DNA from: the human T2T-CHM13v2.0 reference genome, Homo sapiens
Reading direction: 5' to 3' (one strand)
Length of the DNA: 64,000 nt
Assembly (NCBI RefSeq): GCF_009914755.1
Contig: NC_060931.1
Every line of letters starts with the position of its first letter. Position 1 is the stretch's first letter. Below, piece after piece: positions 12,999-25,789 of the stretch. Both the position numbers and the translations under genes were made by a program. The notes beneath the pieces are model-generated. The model was not told where the DNA came from, searched no databases, and saw nothing but the letters and a program-made list of their open reading frames with translations.

Positions 12999-13595
12999 CC
13001 CTTTAACTCTGCCTTTGCTTTCCTTCTTACCCTCTTTTGCTGGGTGGAAATGTGGAGTCAGACAGTAGCAATAGTGAGTTGGCTCTAGATGCCCACAACA
13101 CCTTGGAGGGGGAGCTGGAGAGCAGCTCTGCATGCAGAAAGTAGGTGTGGGCGGAGTAGCTCTGTCATGTGCCTCCACACAGGAGTGAAGCTTGACATGG
13201 AACATGGTCACCATATGCCATTTGCGCCTCCCTCTAATTCAATGACTTCTCAAAAAAACCACCATTTTAATATATTTATTATTCATTTTTAAATTTCCTT
13301 TTACTTAAATTACTAATGCATTGGCAGTTTTTGTAGATGAAGATTCTTATTTATTGACTGTCTACAAAAATAAAATTGTAATCTTTCTTAATAAGAGGAA
13401 AACCCAAATTTTTGAGGGTGAGCTATGCAAAGAGCCTCTTCAGGGTGCATGTGTTTGGACATAGAGGTCGCAGTAGAGGGAGAATTGACAGACCTTGTGG
13501 TCCTAAATCTTCCCCTGGGAGGTTAATTGCTCCTTAGTGGTCACTTACTGATAAATGGCACCTCCATATGCTGACATCAGGCAGAAGTGGAGTGC

Positions 13596-14071
13596 TGATG
13601 CAGGACAGGCAAGCCCCCAAATTGGGGCTCAGCCAGACAGGGTTCTTGGCTTTCCCCAGGAAAGAATTCAAGGGCAAGTAGGTGGTGCTAAACAGAAACT
13701 TTTACTGAAGTGGCAGTGCATAGCAGCAGCAGAGGCAGTGCTTCCTGTGGAACAGGGCTATGCTGTAGGCAGTGCACCCAGAGTAGCAGCTCAGAGGCAG
13801 TTCTGCAGCCTCATTAATACCTACTTTTAATCACATGTAAATTAAGGAGCAGGTTATTCAGAAATTTCTAGAAAAGGGGTGGTAACTTCCAGGTCATTGT
13901 CATGGAAAGGGTTGTAACTTCTGGCTGTTACCATGGCAATGCCATGGCAATGGTAAACTGGGAAGAGGTCGAGTGACATGGCATTGGTGGATGTGTCTCA
14001 GGGAGAGATGCTTTTGCCTCTTCACTATTTCAGCTAGTCTTCAAACTGGTCTGGAGTTCAAGCCTTACCTC
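13596..14071 (-). mobile_element. Solo ERV1 LTR (MER66-like)
   Basis: tgatgcaggacaggcaagcccccaaattggggc...ccttacctca, TG..CA ends; matches recalled MER66 consensus (reverse orientation). Confidence 0.7.
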
Positions 14072-15344
14072 AGTGCTGCTTCCAATACTCTGTCCAATAC
14101 TGATTGTTATCTTTCTCTTATTTTAGAGTGCAGTTGAGATAAGGTGGAACCACTGAATGTTTTAGGAAAGCATACTAGACAGGAAACAAGAGTATAAGAA
14201 TTATGATCATTTTCTCTGTAAGGTAAAATCCATCCTTTCTTCCTGAGTTCTCAGAGAAAGGATGTCTGAGCTATGTCTGCCTGTGAATTAGTCCATTTTT
14301 CTCTTTCTTAGGTCCTAACTTTCTTCTTCCTTTCCAGAGGGCAGTCCCAACAAGACGACAATTAGTTATTTGAATAAAAGGGCAGTTTCTTAAATCTACT
14401 AAAGATTTAATCTACTAAATTTAATCTACTGAAGACCCTGTGCTAAACATTTTAATTCTATAGGCATGTGAAATGACAGAAAAACAAAACTGTTGTTCAG
14501 AGAGTTAAGCAACTGGTCTGATACTGTTTATCAGGTTAAGTGTTGGAGAAACGATTACAATGAGATCTGCCTGCCTGTAAATAGCATTATAATTTCAAAC
14601 TTCCCCTGAGGAAGAACCTTGGGGTTCCTAAAAGCTGCTTTAGGATGAGGGAAGGTCAAACTCTTCCTTCCCAGTTGTATCAGAATTGCTTTGTTTTTTG
14701 TGTTTTCTCTTCTGTATTTTTGCATAAGATTTTATTTGAAGAAAGGGCATCATTGCTTAAAAAAATTGAGGAAAACCAATTCTGAACAATGCCATACTTT
14801 CGATAATTTCTGCTGTATGAGTTAGACAGTATTTTGTGGGCTAGCTCAGGAACCTAACCAACATGCATTCTAAGTAGGAAGCATATTACCTATAAATCAG
14901 CTATCAGAACACAATCTCCATGTAATCTAAATACTTTATGTCAGGATACAAAGATGGCCAAATTGAAGAAATCCTTAAAGCAAATGTTGGGAGATGAGGA
15001 GAAGTGAATGAAAGTCTCTTCCTCATGATGGCGGGAGATACCTGGTTCTCAGGAGAGGGAAGACTACAGAGCTTGTCTGGGACTTAGGCTGCCTTGGCCT
15101 CTAGGACTTGCCCCATCTGTTGTGCAAAGGATAGACTGAAGAAACAGCTCTACTGTTTTTGAATAACCTCTTTACTACGACCTGTTACTCTCCTGTCATG
15201 GCAACCCAGAGAAGCATGGGATTTTTTTTTCCATTACATGATGTTTTCCATTTAATGGGATTATAATATGAACTATGCATTTAAAGGTAGTATTCTCCAT
15301 TTTTTCCAAGTCTTTGTTTTTTTATTTTTATTCATTTATTTAAA

Positions 15345-15732
15345 AATACAATTTCAATTTCATTTTAGATTCAGGGTGTGCATGTGCAGGCTTGTTACCT
15401 TCGTATATCATGTGATGCTGAGGTTTGGTGTATGACTGATCCCACCACACAAGTAGTGAGCATAGTACCCAACAGTTTTCCAAATCTCATCCCCCTCCTT
15501 CCCTCCCCACTCTAGCAGTCCCCATTGTTTGTTGTTGCCATCTTTAGGCCCATGAATAGCTAATGTTTAGCTCCCACTTATAAGTGTGAACATGTGGCAT
15601 TTGCTTTTCTGTTCCTGCATTAATTTGTTTAGAATTATTGCCACCAGCTTCATCCATGCTGCTGCAGAGGACATGATTACATCCTTTTTATGGCTTAGTA
15701 TTCCACGGTGTATATGTACCAAATTTTCTTTA
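15345..15732 (-). mobile_element. L1PA/PB 3' end, antisense
   Basis: Reverse complement of L1 3' UTR (..tttagctcccacttataagtgtgaacatg..); ORF 15567..15758 gives L1-tail-like peptide. Confidence 0.85.
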
Positions 15733-15890
15733 TAACAAGGAATTTTTGAACTTGTCATTTGTGGTTGTGTAGGGAATTAATCACATTGTATGGGGAATGA
15801 TGTCTTAGGCAAAAGTCAGCTTGATAGCTATCATTTACATTATTTTGTGGCATTGTACTAAATGTATTACATGTGTTATCTAAGTAAATA

Positions 15891-15983
15891 TGCTGAATAC
15901 AAGTCCAGGAATCTTTTCACTTGATTGGACTTGGCTTTTACGGAATTTTCCCAGACATAAGGGAAAACTTTGTGGCATAGCAT
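15891..15983 (+). repeat. 93-bp local direct repeat, copy 1
   Basis: 86/93 identical by hand alignment to 17535-17627. Confidence 0.9.
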
Positions 15984-16141
15984 TTAATAATTCTGGCTCT
16001 GCCATCAGATGACAAGGGTTCAAATCTCACCTCTGCTACTTAGGAACTTGCCATCTTGTGATAATTATTTAACTTATATAAGCTTCAATGTCCTCATTTA
16101 TAAGATGGAAATAATGTAGTATTTCTTTATATTTCTAGTAG

Positions 16142-16439
<298 letters not shown>

Positions 16440-16832
16440 AGCAGCTTGCTACTTCTGAGTCCTGAGTTCAGCTGGCTCAGACGCCAGATCCCAATACATA
16501 TAGCAGACTCCATTGGACCTGCACTAAGAGCACCACCTGTAGGGGCTGTTGCTTCAGGTGGACACTTTTTTTCCTTTCTTGCCTCAGTTCCCACATCTGG
16601 AGGATGAGGCAAACATCTGAACTACAATAAAGTACATGGAAATGCATTTTCAGTCTGTAAAATGCTGCACAAAGGTTTACTATTATTTATTATTGTTATT
16701 CTATAATTCCCTGAGTGTTCTGATGTCTATTGCGGGTTGTTTTTTAAGTTTTGTTTTTGTTTTTGTTTTTTTTGTCTTCCTTTTTCTTCCCCTTGGATCT
16801 TCTGGAAGCAGAGAAGTTTCTCTTTAGTGCTG

Positions 16833-18030
16833 GTGAAACAGGAGAGTTCCCTGATTCCCCCCTGCAGGACATGTGACAAGGGTGTGGCCTGCTTGGTCGC
16901 CCTGCAGCTCAGCCCCCTGTAGGGGGAGCATGCAGACAGGCAGGCGTGGAGGCCAGCATGAGCGCTTCTGGGCTCCGGCCCCAGGGCAGTGTCTAGGGAC
17001 CGGTGTCTGAGACTCCCGAAGCCCAAGTGGACGTGTCTTACTAAGCTCTTTTAGATATTCTGTCTGCAGATGGCTTGTGTGTTAATCAGCTTAGTGGATC
17101 CTCTGCCTTATCCCAAGGGCAGTGGGCCAGAGTGACAACCTTCTGCATCCCAAGTCCTTGCCCAGTGTATTGGAAGAATCAGATCACATGTGGGCTCGAA
17201 GGATGAGTGCAAGATTTTATTGAGTGGTGGAGGTAAACGTTTTCTCTGTTTCAGTCAGTCAACAACCGCATGTAATTACTTAATTTTAATACAAAACTAG
17301 GATCAGAGGGTAGGAGCTGCGGTGTGAAGAGAACTAAGAGCCCCTTCAAATATATGGGAATCTAGGTTTTCTGGAGAGCTAGGTACTCTGCTAAAAAGAA
17401 ATAAGGAAGAAATAAGAATAAGAGATGAGGAAGGGGGGCTGTGACCACAAGAGATAAATAAGATTATCTCTAGCCAATGACTCTCCCATAGTCAGAGGAC
17501 GCCTAAAAGCAGAGTTGAATGTTGACTCTCAGTCTGCTGAATACAAATCCAGGGATCTTTTCACTTGATTGGACTTGATTTTTATGGAATTTTCCCAGGC
17601 ATAAGGGAAAACTCTGTGGCATAGCATCTCATGAGATGAATGGGGAGCCAGAGAGGGGGGATGGAGAGGGAAGGTGGTCTTCCCCTGAGTTGGGCCACCC
17701 ATCGGTGGGAGAAAGACTCTCCTCCAACCGCCCCCAGCTGAACTCCCCTAGGGATCCAGACCTCCTTCTTCTCTCTTTCTCTGCCTCTTGTTCTGTCATT
17801 GCTGTTCTGCTGGTTCCAACATTCAGCAGCTTGCTTGCATGTGCCCACTAAGGTCTACGGTTTATATGGGGGCAGGATGGGGGGCATGGCGGGCCAAAAG
17901 GCAATTTTTAGGGTACAAAAACAGAATTGCCTGTCCTCACTTAGGGCCATGGGTCTTCAGACTTGAGGGTGGGGCCTTTTCCAGGGAACCACCCTCTTCT
18001 ACCCAGAATTTCCCCCTCCTGTCTGTATCA
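16833..18030 (-). mobile_element. ERV1 solo LTR (LTR1/LTR27/LTR28/MER52 group) split by a ~390-bp insertion at 17235-17627
   Basis: tgaaacaggagagttccctg...ttattgagtggtggaggt | insertion | ctcatgagatgaatggggagccag...ctcttctacccagaatttccccctcctgtctgtatca; the two halves are colinear with the recalled consensus. Confidence 0.75.
17535..17627 (+). repeat. 93-bp local direct repeat, copy 2
   Basis: See 15891-15983; ends at the point where the LTR resumes. Confidence 0.9.
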
Positions 18031-18507
18031 CTGGTGCTTTATAATAAGGCTGCTCTGAGTCCTTTTTTCAAATTGAAGTTTTGTGAGGGAAAGCTATCTC
18101 CAGAGGTGTCTCTAGTGTGTCTCAAACTGTGATTCTGGGTAAAATTGGCTCTTATTTGAGCTGGAAGAAAATGTTTCACTGCTAAATTAAATAATGCTCA
18201 TCTTTCCTCACTTTATAAAATAGTTAATGGATACAGTTATCCCAATTTTATGTTATTTTTCAATGATTTTTTTTCTTAAACCTCTTATGTTTGCTGCTAT
18301 TTATTTGTTGCCTTGTAGAAGCTCTAGCTAAGCACAAAATGTATGAACAAATAACAGGCGGGAAAGATTTTGAAACAGTCAGTAGGGTTTCTATTGACTG
18401 TATTGGTGTGGTTAACCATTACTTTATATGGCAAAACTCACATTTTATACAAGTAAAATTTTCTTTGGTTTGTGTGATTAAATTGAACATAGTGTTTCAT
18501 CATGTTC

Positions 18508-18801
18508 TTTTTTTTTGAGACAGAGTCTCGCTCTGTTGCCCAGGCAGGAGTGCAGTGGTGCAATCTCAGCTCACTGAAACCTCTGCCTCCCGGGTTCAAG
18601 CAATTCTCCTGCCTCGGCCTCCTGAGTAGCTAGGATTACAGGCATGGCTAATTTTTGTGTTTTTACTAGAGACGGGGTTTCACCATGTTGGTCAGGCTGG
18701 TCTCGAACTCCTGACCTTGCAATCCACCTGCCTTGGCCTCCCAGAGTGCTGGGATTACAGGCGAGTAATCCTGTATGATTATACCGCCACCATTCCCGGC
18801 C
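18508..18801 (-). mobile_element. AluS element, antisense
   Basis: T-tract plus reverse-complement Alu; small internal deletion and a ~20-bp insertion near its 5' end. Confidence 0.93.
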
Positions 18802-19574
18802 ATCATATTCTTCTAAGAACACTGTTATTTGATGGTGATCCACAGAATAAATGTGAACATTATTGCTGAGAGAGACTTTGGCTTGTCTCCTGCTCTGGCA
18901 GTGAGATGTTGAGTTTTACAGTGTTTTTCCAAAGCAGACTTGTGTCCAGCCTCAGCTGAGGTGTACACAGGATGCTAATTGTCCCTCAACTTGTCTGCAC
19001 ATCGTTCTACTTATACTCACTTATGTTTTGTCAAAATATGATATTAATATTAAAATATTTGTTGAAATAAGTTACAAACATTTTATAATCTATACAAATA
19101 ATTCACATTTGAAGTAGAATATTATTAAGATATAACATCTTGGTATTTTTCAATGTATTCTATTTAACATTCAATTTTTAATATTCAAATTATTATCATT
19201 CACTACTCAATCTAACCCCGTTTATAAAGTTGTATAATTTTACAACTGCAGGGAATATTATGGATGACTTTATACAACTACTTAATTTTACTGCTGTGGA
19301 AAGTGAGGTTCATAGTGATTAAATGATTAAGCAATTTGCAAAAGTATTATGGCTTTGTAGTTTATTGATCTTTCCACCACATGGTCCCCAGCTCTGTTTA
19401 AAAATATTTCTGAGAACTTAAAGAAGTCAGCTCCTCCTCTGCACCAGGCACTGACCTGTTGCCAAGAGACTCTTGTCCAAGCCAAGTAGTGGTGGCCAAG
19501 AGAGTCTTGTCCTTGGAGAATATACATTCTATTAGGGTAGGCTATCAATAAATAGGTGAACAATTGCATAATGA

Positions 19575-21235
19575 TGAGATTTCAGGACTCTGCTGCCAGT
19601 GTGAATGTGTGCATGGACACTGGCTACCCACACCTCCCCTTCACTTTGCCATGGCCACCAGTGTGATCATGCACACAGAGGGCAGCAGGCCCTGCCACAG
19701 GTGCAAATGCAAGCACAGACCTCGGCAACCCTGTCCCCACCTATGACTCACTGCTGGCATGAGCATGTGCAGGAATGTCACAGCCCCGCTTCTGCCAGTA
19801 TCCCCCTGCCCCAGCCAACATGCATGCATCCTGCTGTGCTGTGCCACGGCTGCCAGCACAACCCGTCGGAGTGTTGTGGCCAGTGGACCAGGAATACCTC
19901 GGCCCCCTCAGCACAGTAGGTTCCTAGCCTTGAGGGGCCAGAGAAGAAAGCTGGGGTCCTGGAACCAGCTCCCCAGGGTTAGAGCACACAGCTCAGGAGT
20001 GCTAAGCTGAGTCTTGGGACCCAAAAATCTTCCAGAAACAACCCCAGGGAACTGAACCCACCTTATACCACAGTCAAACCCCCAAGGGCATCAAAGAAAA
20101 TAAAAGCAAGTAAACAAACAAAAAATCATCCAAAGTATAGTGCCTTCAAAGATTGAAGAAACATCAGCCCACACAGTGAGAAAGAACCAGTGCAAGACGT
20201 CTGGCAACTCAAAAAGCCAGAGTGTCTTCTTACCTGCAAATAACTGCACTAGTTCCTCAGTAATGGTTTTTCGCTAGGCTGAAATGGCTGAAATGTCAGA
20301 AATAGAATTCAGAATATGATTAGGAATGAAGAACATCAATATCCAGGAGGAAGTTGAAACCCAATCCAAGGAATCTAAGGTATCCAATAAAACAATATAG
20401 GAGATAAAAGACAAAATGGCCATGTAAAGAAATAACCAAACTGATCTGATAGAGCTGAAAAACTCGCTTTGAGAATTGCAGAATACCATCACAAGTACTA
20501 ACAGCAGAACTGACCAAGCTGAGGAAAGAGTCTCAGAGCTTGAAGAATGGATCTCCAAAATAGTCAGAAAAAAAGGAAAAACAATAAAGAAGAGTGAACA
20601 AATCCTCCAAGAATTATGGGATTATATAAAATATGAAATCTATGACTCACTGGTGTCCCTGGAAGAGAAGGAGAAAAAGCAAGCAACTTGGAAAGCATAT
20701 TGAGAATATTGTCCATGAAAATTTCCCCAACCTCACTAGACAGGCCAACATTCAAATTCAGGAAATGCGGAGAACCTCTGTGAGATATTACACAAGACAA
20801 CAATTCCCAAGACACATAATCATCAGATTCTCCAACGTCGAAATGGAAGAAAAAATGTTAAAGGCAGCTACAGAGAAGTGACAGGTAATCTACCAAGGGA
20901 AACCCATCATGCTAAGAGCAGACATTTCAGCAGAAACTCTACAAACCAGAAGATACTGGGGGCCTATAGTCAAGAACTCTTAAAGAAAAGAAATTCCAAC
21001 CAAGGATTTCATATCCAGCAAAACTAAGCTTTGTATGCAAGGGAGAAATAAGTTCCTTTTCAGACAAGCAAATGCTAAGGAAATTACTTACCACCAGACT
21101 GCCTTACAAGAGGTCCTTAGGGAAGCGCCAAATACAGAAAGGAAAGACCATTACTGGCCAAGAAGAAGACTTAACTATCTAAAGTATATATACACTCAAC
21201 ATTGAAGCACCCAGATTCATAAAACAACTACTTGC
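19575..21235 (+). mobile_element. Old L1 (L1PB/L1MA-age): 5' UTR, decayed ORF1, short ORF2 endonuclease piece
   Basis: ORFs 20476..20703 and 20633..20881 give ORF1p-like peptides (NSRTDQAEERVSELEE; ENFPNLTRQANIQIQEM; PRHIIIRFS). Confidence 0.88.
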
Positions 21236-23289
21236 TTAATGATTTATTCTTTCTATGAAGCACATGATGATGCCATCAGCTGTGAATCAGAGATGTAGGG
21301 AGGTGGTTGTTGGAAGCTTGAGAAAGAAGGTGAAACAGCCATCCTGGAAAGCAGAAACATTAAAAGACAAGGGACCTACTTACACAAGGATCAAAAGCTG
21401 TGTTGTAAGACAGTTTGTCACAAACGCACGAGTGCTGTTTCTTCTGCAACAGTCAGCTACATGGGTACAACTGAAGGAAAAAAAGGTAGGTAGAAAATTT
21501 GGCCAGAATTGAGATATTACTATGCAAATATGACAGAAAGAGAGAGGGAGTTAATAAAGGTAAGAGTGTTTGTAAGGAAGCAGTTATAGTTCTGGCCCAT
21601 GGAATCTGGCCTGGGAAAGAAGGGAAGTTAGTACAATAAAAGACTGAGTTCAAGAAACTGAGAGGCTGGTATGCTGGACAGAACCACTCTGTGAATATCG
21701 ATATTTCCAAAAAGACACAGGAGGAGTGGTGGAAGAAGAGACAGTTGATTGTAGTCATCAAGGGATGAATGGTGTGACTTGCAGAGGACATTGGATGACA
21801 GCAGCAAGCAGCTGTGTTCTTAGTACAAGCTTTTCAAAGGAGCTCGGGTTTGAGAGAAGGAGAGAAATTGGAGAGGGGAGCAGGGAGGATGTCAATCTAC
21901 CTCCACTTCTTACAAAGAGATGGTAGAAACTTTCAGAGAGTTTGTTGCTTTCTAAAGGTCTTTTATTGTGGAGGGGTTTGAGAGAAGGTGTGGGATGGGG
22001 TTAGACTGGGGCTGTGCAGAGCAGTGTGAGGATGAGGGCCTTATGATGGTGAGTTACCCCAGAGGATTATATTGTGGATGGTGATTTAGTATATGGGGTA
22101 GTGAGCAAGATAGGAATGGTACTCTGGTTGGAGAGTAAGCAGTGATTTCCCATGGCTTGAGGGTTTTCTAGATCACATTAGGCAGAGGAAAACCTCAGAA
22201 AAGGTGATTTCAATCCAGTTGAGGGTTGATTTATTTGAGGAAAAGATGCTTAAAGATCTCCAGGGGATTACTTTCACCCAATACTAGATGTTTTACCATG
22301 TGATCATTACAAGAGTAATACAAGCTATTCTAATTTCAGATTAGACTAGACATTATATTTTTCTTTCTGGCAGATTATAATTTATGATTACAACAATTCC
22401 TGTGACCTGTATGAAGACACATATTTCTAATTTCAGCTTGAGAGAAATTTAGTCTTTTATTGGATGATTTAAGTAGATGATTAGTCAGAGGGAAAATTGG
22501 TAATATAGAGGACAGAGTGTATTATAAGATGCAACAGAAACTTTTCTCCAATATATGCCCAGATAAAAGTACACCAGAGTAGGAACAGAGTTTAGGGCAT
22601 ATGTGGTTTAAAATTTCCACCCATAAAAGAGTTTCGTCCACACCACATCTTTCCAATCTCATCAGCATGTGATTTATACATCCTCAAAAGGTTGCCCATT
22701 AAATTTTTGCTCATTACTTATTTTAAAAACGTTTTTGTCGGTACTGAGATAAATTCTGGCTTCCCAGAGGTCTACCTATAAGCTTTAATTTTTCATGTTA
22801 AACCATCTCTCTGATACTGTTTCGCTTTTTAGATAATGGCTACTATTTTCTTACCAGTCATCCAGATTAAAACTCCTTATTCCTCTAAAACATCTGTCTC
22901 ATGACATGTAGCTAAAAAAGAATATATATAATATATATATTTATTTGAATTCTACCATCTTGTGGTTATTTAAGTAGTTGTCTATAAAATCCTATATATG
23001 TATTTTGCAGCCTTAAGCCATGCATGTTATTACTCGTTATGCCAGACAGCTTGACAGCTGAAATTAGTCCAAGGGTCCAGGGCTCTACTATAGCTTGGAG
23101 ATGGAAAGTTCTCTGCTCAGAGTGAAAATTGGTCAAGAATGCTTGCTTGGGAAAACGTGCAGGTGTTGTTTAGAAACAACATTTTTCTAATTTTTTTTCC
23201 AGGTTACTCTTTCTCTCCCTGATTTCCACATTTTTAATACTGTTTTTATATAGATCCTGTGCTGGTTTCTTTGCTTTAATTAATATTTC

Positions 23290-24260
23290 ATTTTCAAATA
23301 AGCTCAAACTTGGAGAAAAGTTGCAAGTATAGTAACAAATTCCAGTATTCTCTTTATCCATTTTTCCCAGTTATCTCCTGTAAATTACAAATTGTTCACT
23401 ATATTTACTTTATCACTTTTCTCTTTTTCTCTCCTCCTTTCCCCCCTCTCTATCTCACAAACATTCGACAGTTTGTATACAATGTGTTTCGTTATCACAA
23501 AAATACTTTAGTATGTATTTCCTAAAAAGACAAGAACGTATTCTCACATAACTACAACATCATCATCCAAACCAGGAAATTAACATGCATACACTACCAC
23601 CACACAATGCACAGACACCAGGCACATTTCACCAATTGCACCAATAATGTCCAATATAGGAAGCACAAACAACAGCAACACAAAAGAAATTAGTCTGCGA
23701 GCACAATTGCATGTCGCATTTAATTGTTTCATTGTTTTATTTTGCTTGTTTTTTACTCCCCTCTATTCTGGAACTATTCCTTGGTTTCTTTTTTTCTTTC
23801 ATAATTTTGACATTTGAAGATTACTAGTCAGTTATTTGTAGAATATCCCTCATACTTGAGGGTTACCTAATATGTCCTCGTGATTGCACTGAGGTTATGC
23901 ATTTTTGAGGGAAATAACACAGGCACGATGTTGAGCCCATCTCAGTGCTCCCTATCAGGAGCCACACAATGTCCATCTGTCCATTATCGCTGATGTTCTG
24001 TGGGGTTACTTGGTTGAGGTGGTGTCTTCCAGGTTTCTAAAGCTACTATTTTGTCTCAACATAAATAATAAATATACTGTGAGAAGATACTTTGAAGTTA
24101 TGCAGCATCCCATTTGTTAGTTGTGGCATCCATTGATGATTCCTGCCTGAATCAATTATTACTCTCAAATTTGCTAAACAGTGATTTTGTATCTCCTTAT
24201 TCCTTTTGCCTTTGTTATTTTGCTTGGGAAGAACTTGTCTTTCTTTGCTATTTATTTATT
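23290..24260 (-). mobile_element. Ancient L1M (L1MC/ME-type) 3' region, antisense
   Basis: Motifs 'caaacttggagaaaagttgcaagtatagtaaca', 'agaacgtattctcacataactacaac', 'gtcagttatttgtagaatatccctca' resemble recalled L1MC/ME tails. Confidence 0.65.
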
Positions 24261-24757
24261 GAGTGATGTTTGGTAATAGCCACTTCCTGAGGCCTCTAAA
24301 CGTGCCACTTCTCTGAGATCCCACATATTCTCATGATCTAGCAACTAAAATTCTAACTACAGGAAATCAGGGGGCTTCCAGGATTTGTTTCCACTGATGT
24401 CCATTTTGACTGGTCAGTGCCTGTGCTGTGGCTTAAATGTGTGATGTTAGAATGTGATTCCTGTTCCATCCAGGAAGTAGACTGGTGAAGAACATTTGAA
24501 CTTCTAATTCAGGGGTCCTCAGTCTTAATAGCATATTGGAAATGCCTGGAGAATTCAATAACCTACGAATGCCTGGGTGGTAGCTCATCATCAGGTGATA
24601 CTAATATGCTGTCAAGATTGACAGCCACTGGGTTAGTGTAGTTGAGAGCTTTCCTGTTCATTGTCAGCTAACTAAGTAGTAGCAGGGACTTAGATACTGA
24701 TGGAAACCCTAGCAAACAGGGAGAAGAAACTAAATTATTCGACTCATGAAGGTATGG

Positions 24758-24845
24758 AGAGGGAGGGAGGAAGAGAGAAAGAGGAGAAGGAGAAGGAGGA
24801 GGAGAAATAAGAGAAAAGGAAGAGAAAGAGAAGGAGAGAGAAATG
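24758..24845. repeat. Purine-rich low-complexity repeat (GGA/GAA)
   Basis: agagggagggaggaagagagaaaggagaaggagaaggaggaggagaaataagagaaaagg... Confidence 0.85.
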
Positions 24846-25789
24846 GAGCCAAATGTAATCAATGGTTAGATTTGGGTAAAGAATATATAAGAATTACTGC
24901 CCTTCTTTATGAATTTGAAATTGTATCAAAATATTCTTAAGCCACTAAAGACCAAAGTCACAGTAAACATTAGCCCATGGGTCCTCTTGTCCTCATAGAA
25001 CCACAGAGAAAAGTAAAAATAAGGAATACATCTTTTATTTATCCTCCACATTTAATATGAAGTTGTGAGTAGAGGAGGTGAAGAAGAAAAAGAGTTACAT
25101 TCTCATAGTCACTAGGAGAGAATCTGACCTCAGAAACCCCTGAAGGATGAGAGATGACAGAGAGGCCCAAGTGACAGAGTGTTCTTAGAGGAAGTTGGGG
25201 TATCTTTCTTTTGCAGCATGTAACGCAGTCAGGAAACTTGCATCCAGAACATATGATCTGGAGAGGATCCTGAAGTCATCGAATTCAAGCTCCCACCGCC
25301 TGTGGGAATGTTTAAAGTACTTTCCCAGCGGTATTCATATGCACTGTCTGTCTAATATGTATGTAATATGAATGCATACCTTTTAACTATAGAAGTGCAT
25401 TATTCTCTGCAGGTTGACAAAAATGTAGTCCATTTCTTGAGGCGACTGGAAGAGGAAACATTAGGTGGCATGGAGTAAGGCTCAGAAGGGGACAGTGTGA
25501 CCTCAAGGAGAGAATGGCTGCTGAGGGGCTTGTAGGCATGTAACTGCAGCTCTGTAAGGGAAGAGAAATGCATGTCTCATTTCCTATTTATTTCAGTGGC
25601 ACCTGTTTTTGACCTGATGTCAAGCACATAGACGGTGCTCAATGAATATGTTACTGATAACTAAATGCTGAGACCAGCAATAGAGAGAAAAATAAAGGAG
25701 GTAGTGGGTAGGGCTTCCTTTCTTCCTCCCCCAGTCCTCCCCAAGGTCCCTTCCACACACACGAGGTCCTGTATTTCAGGATGACTCAC

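Noticed and set aside
24746-24940. Arg/Glu-rich protamine-like ORF
   Set aside because: Translation of a purine simple repeat.
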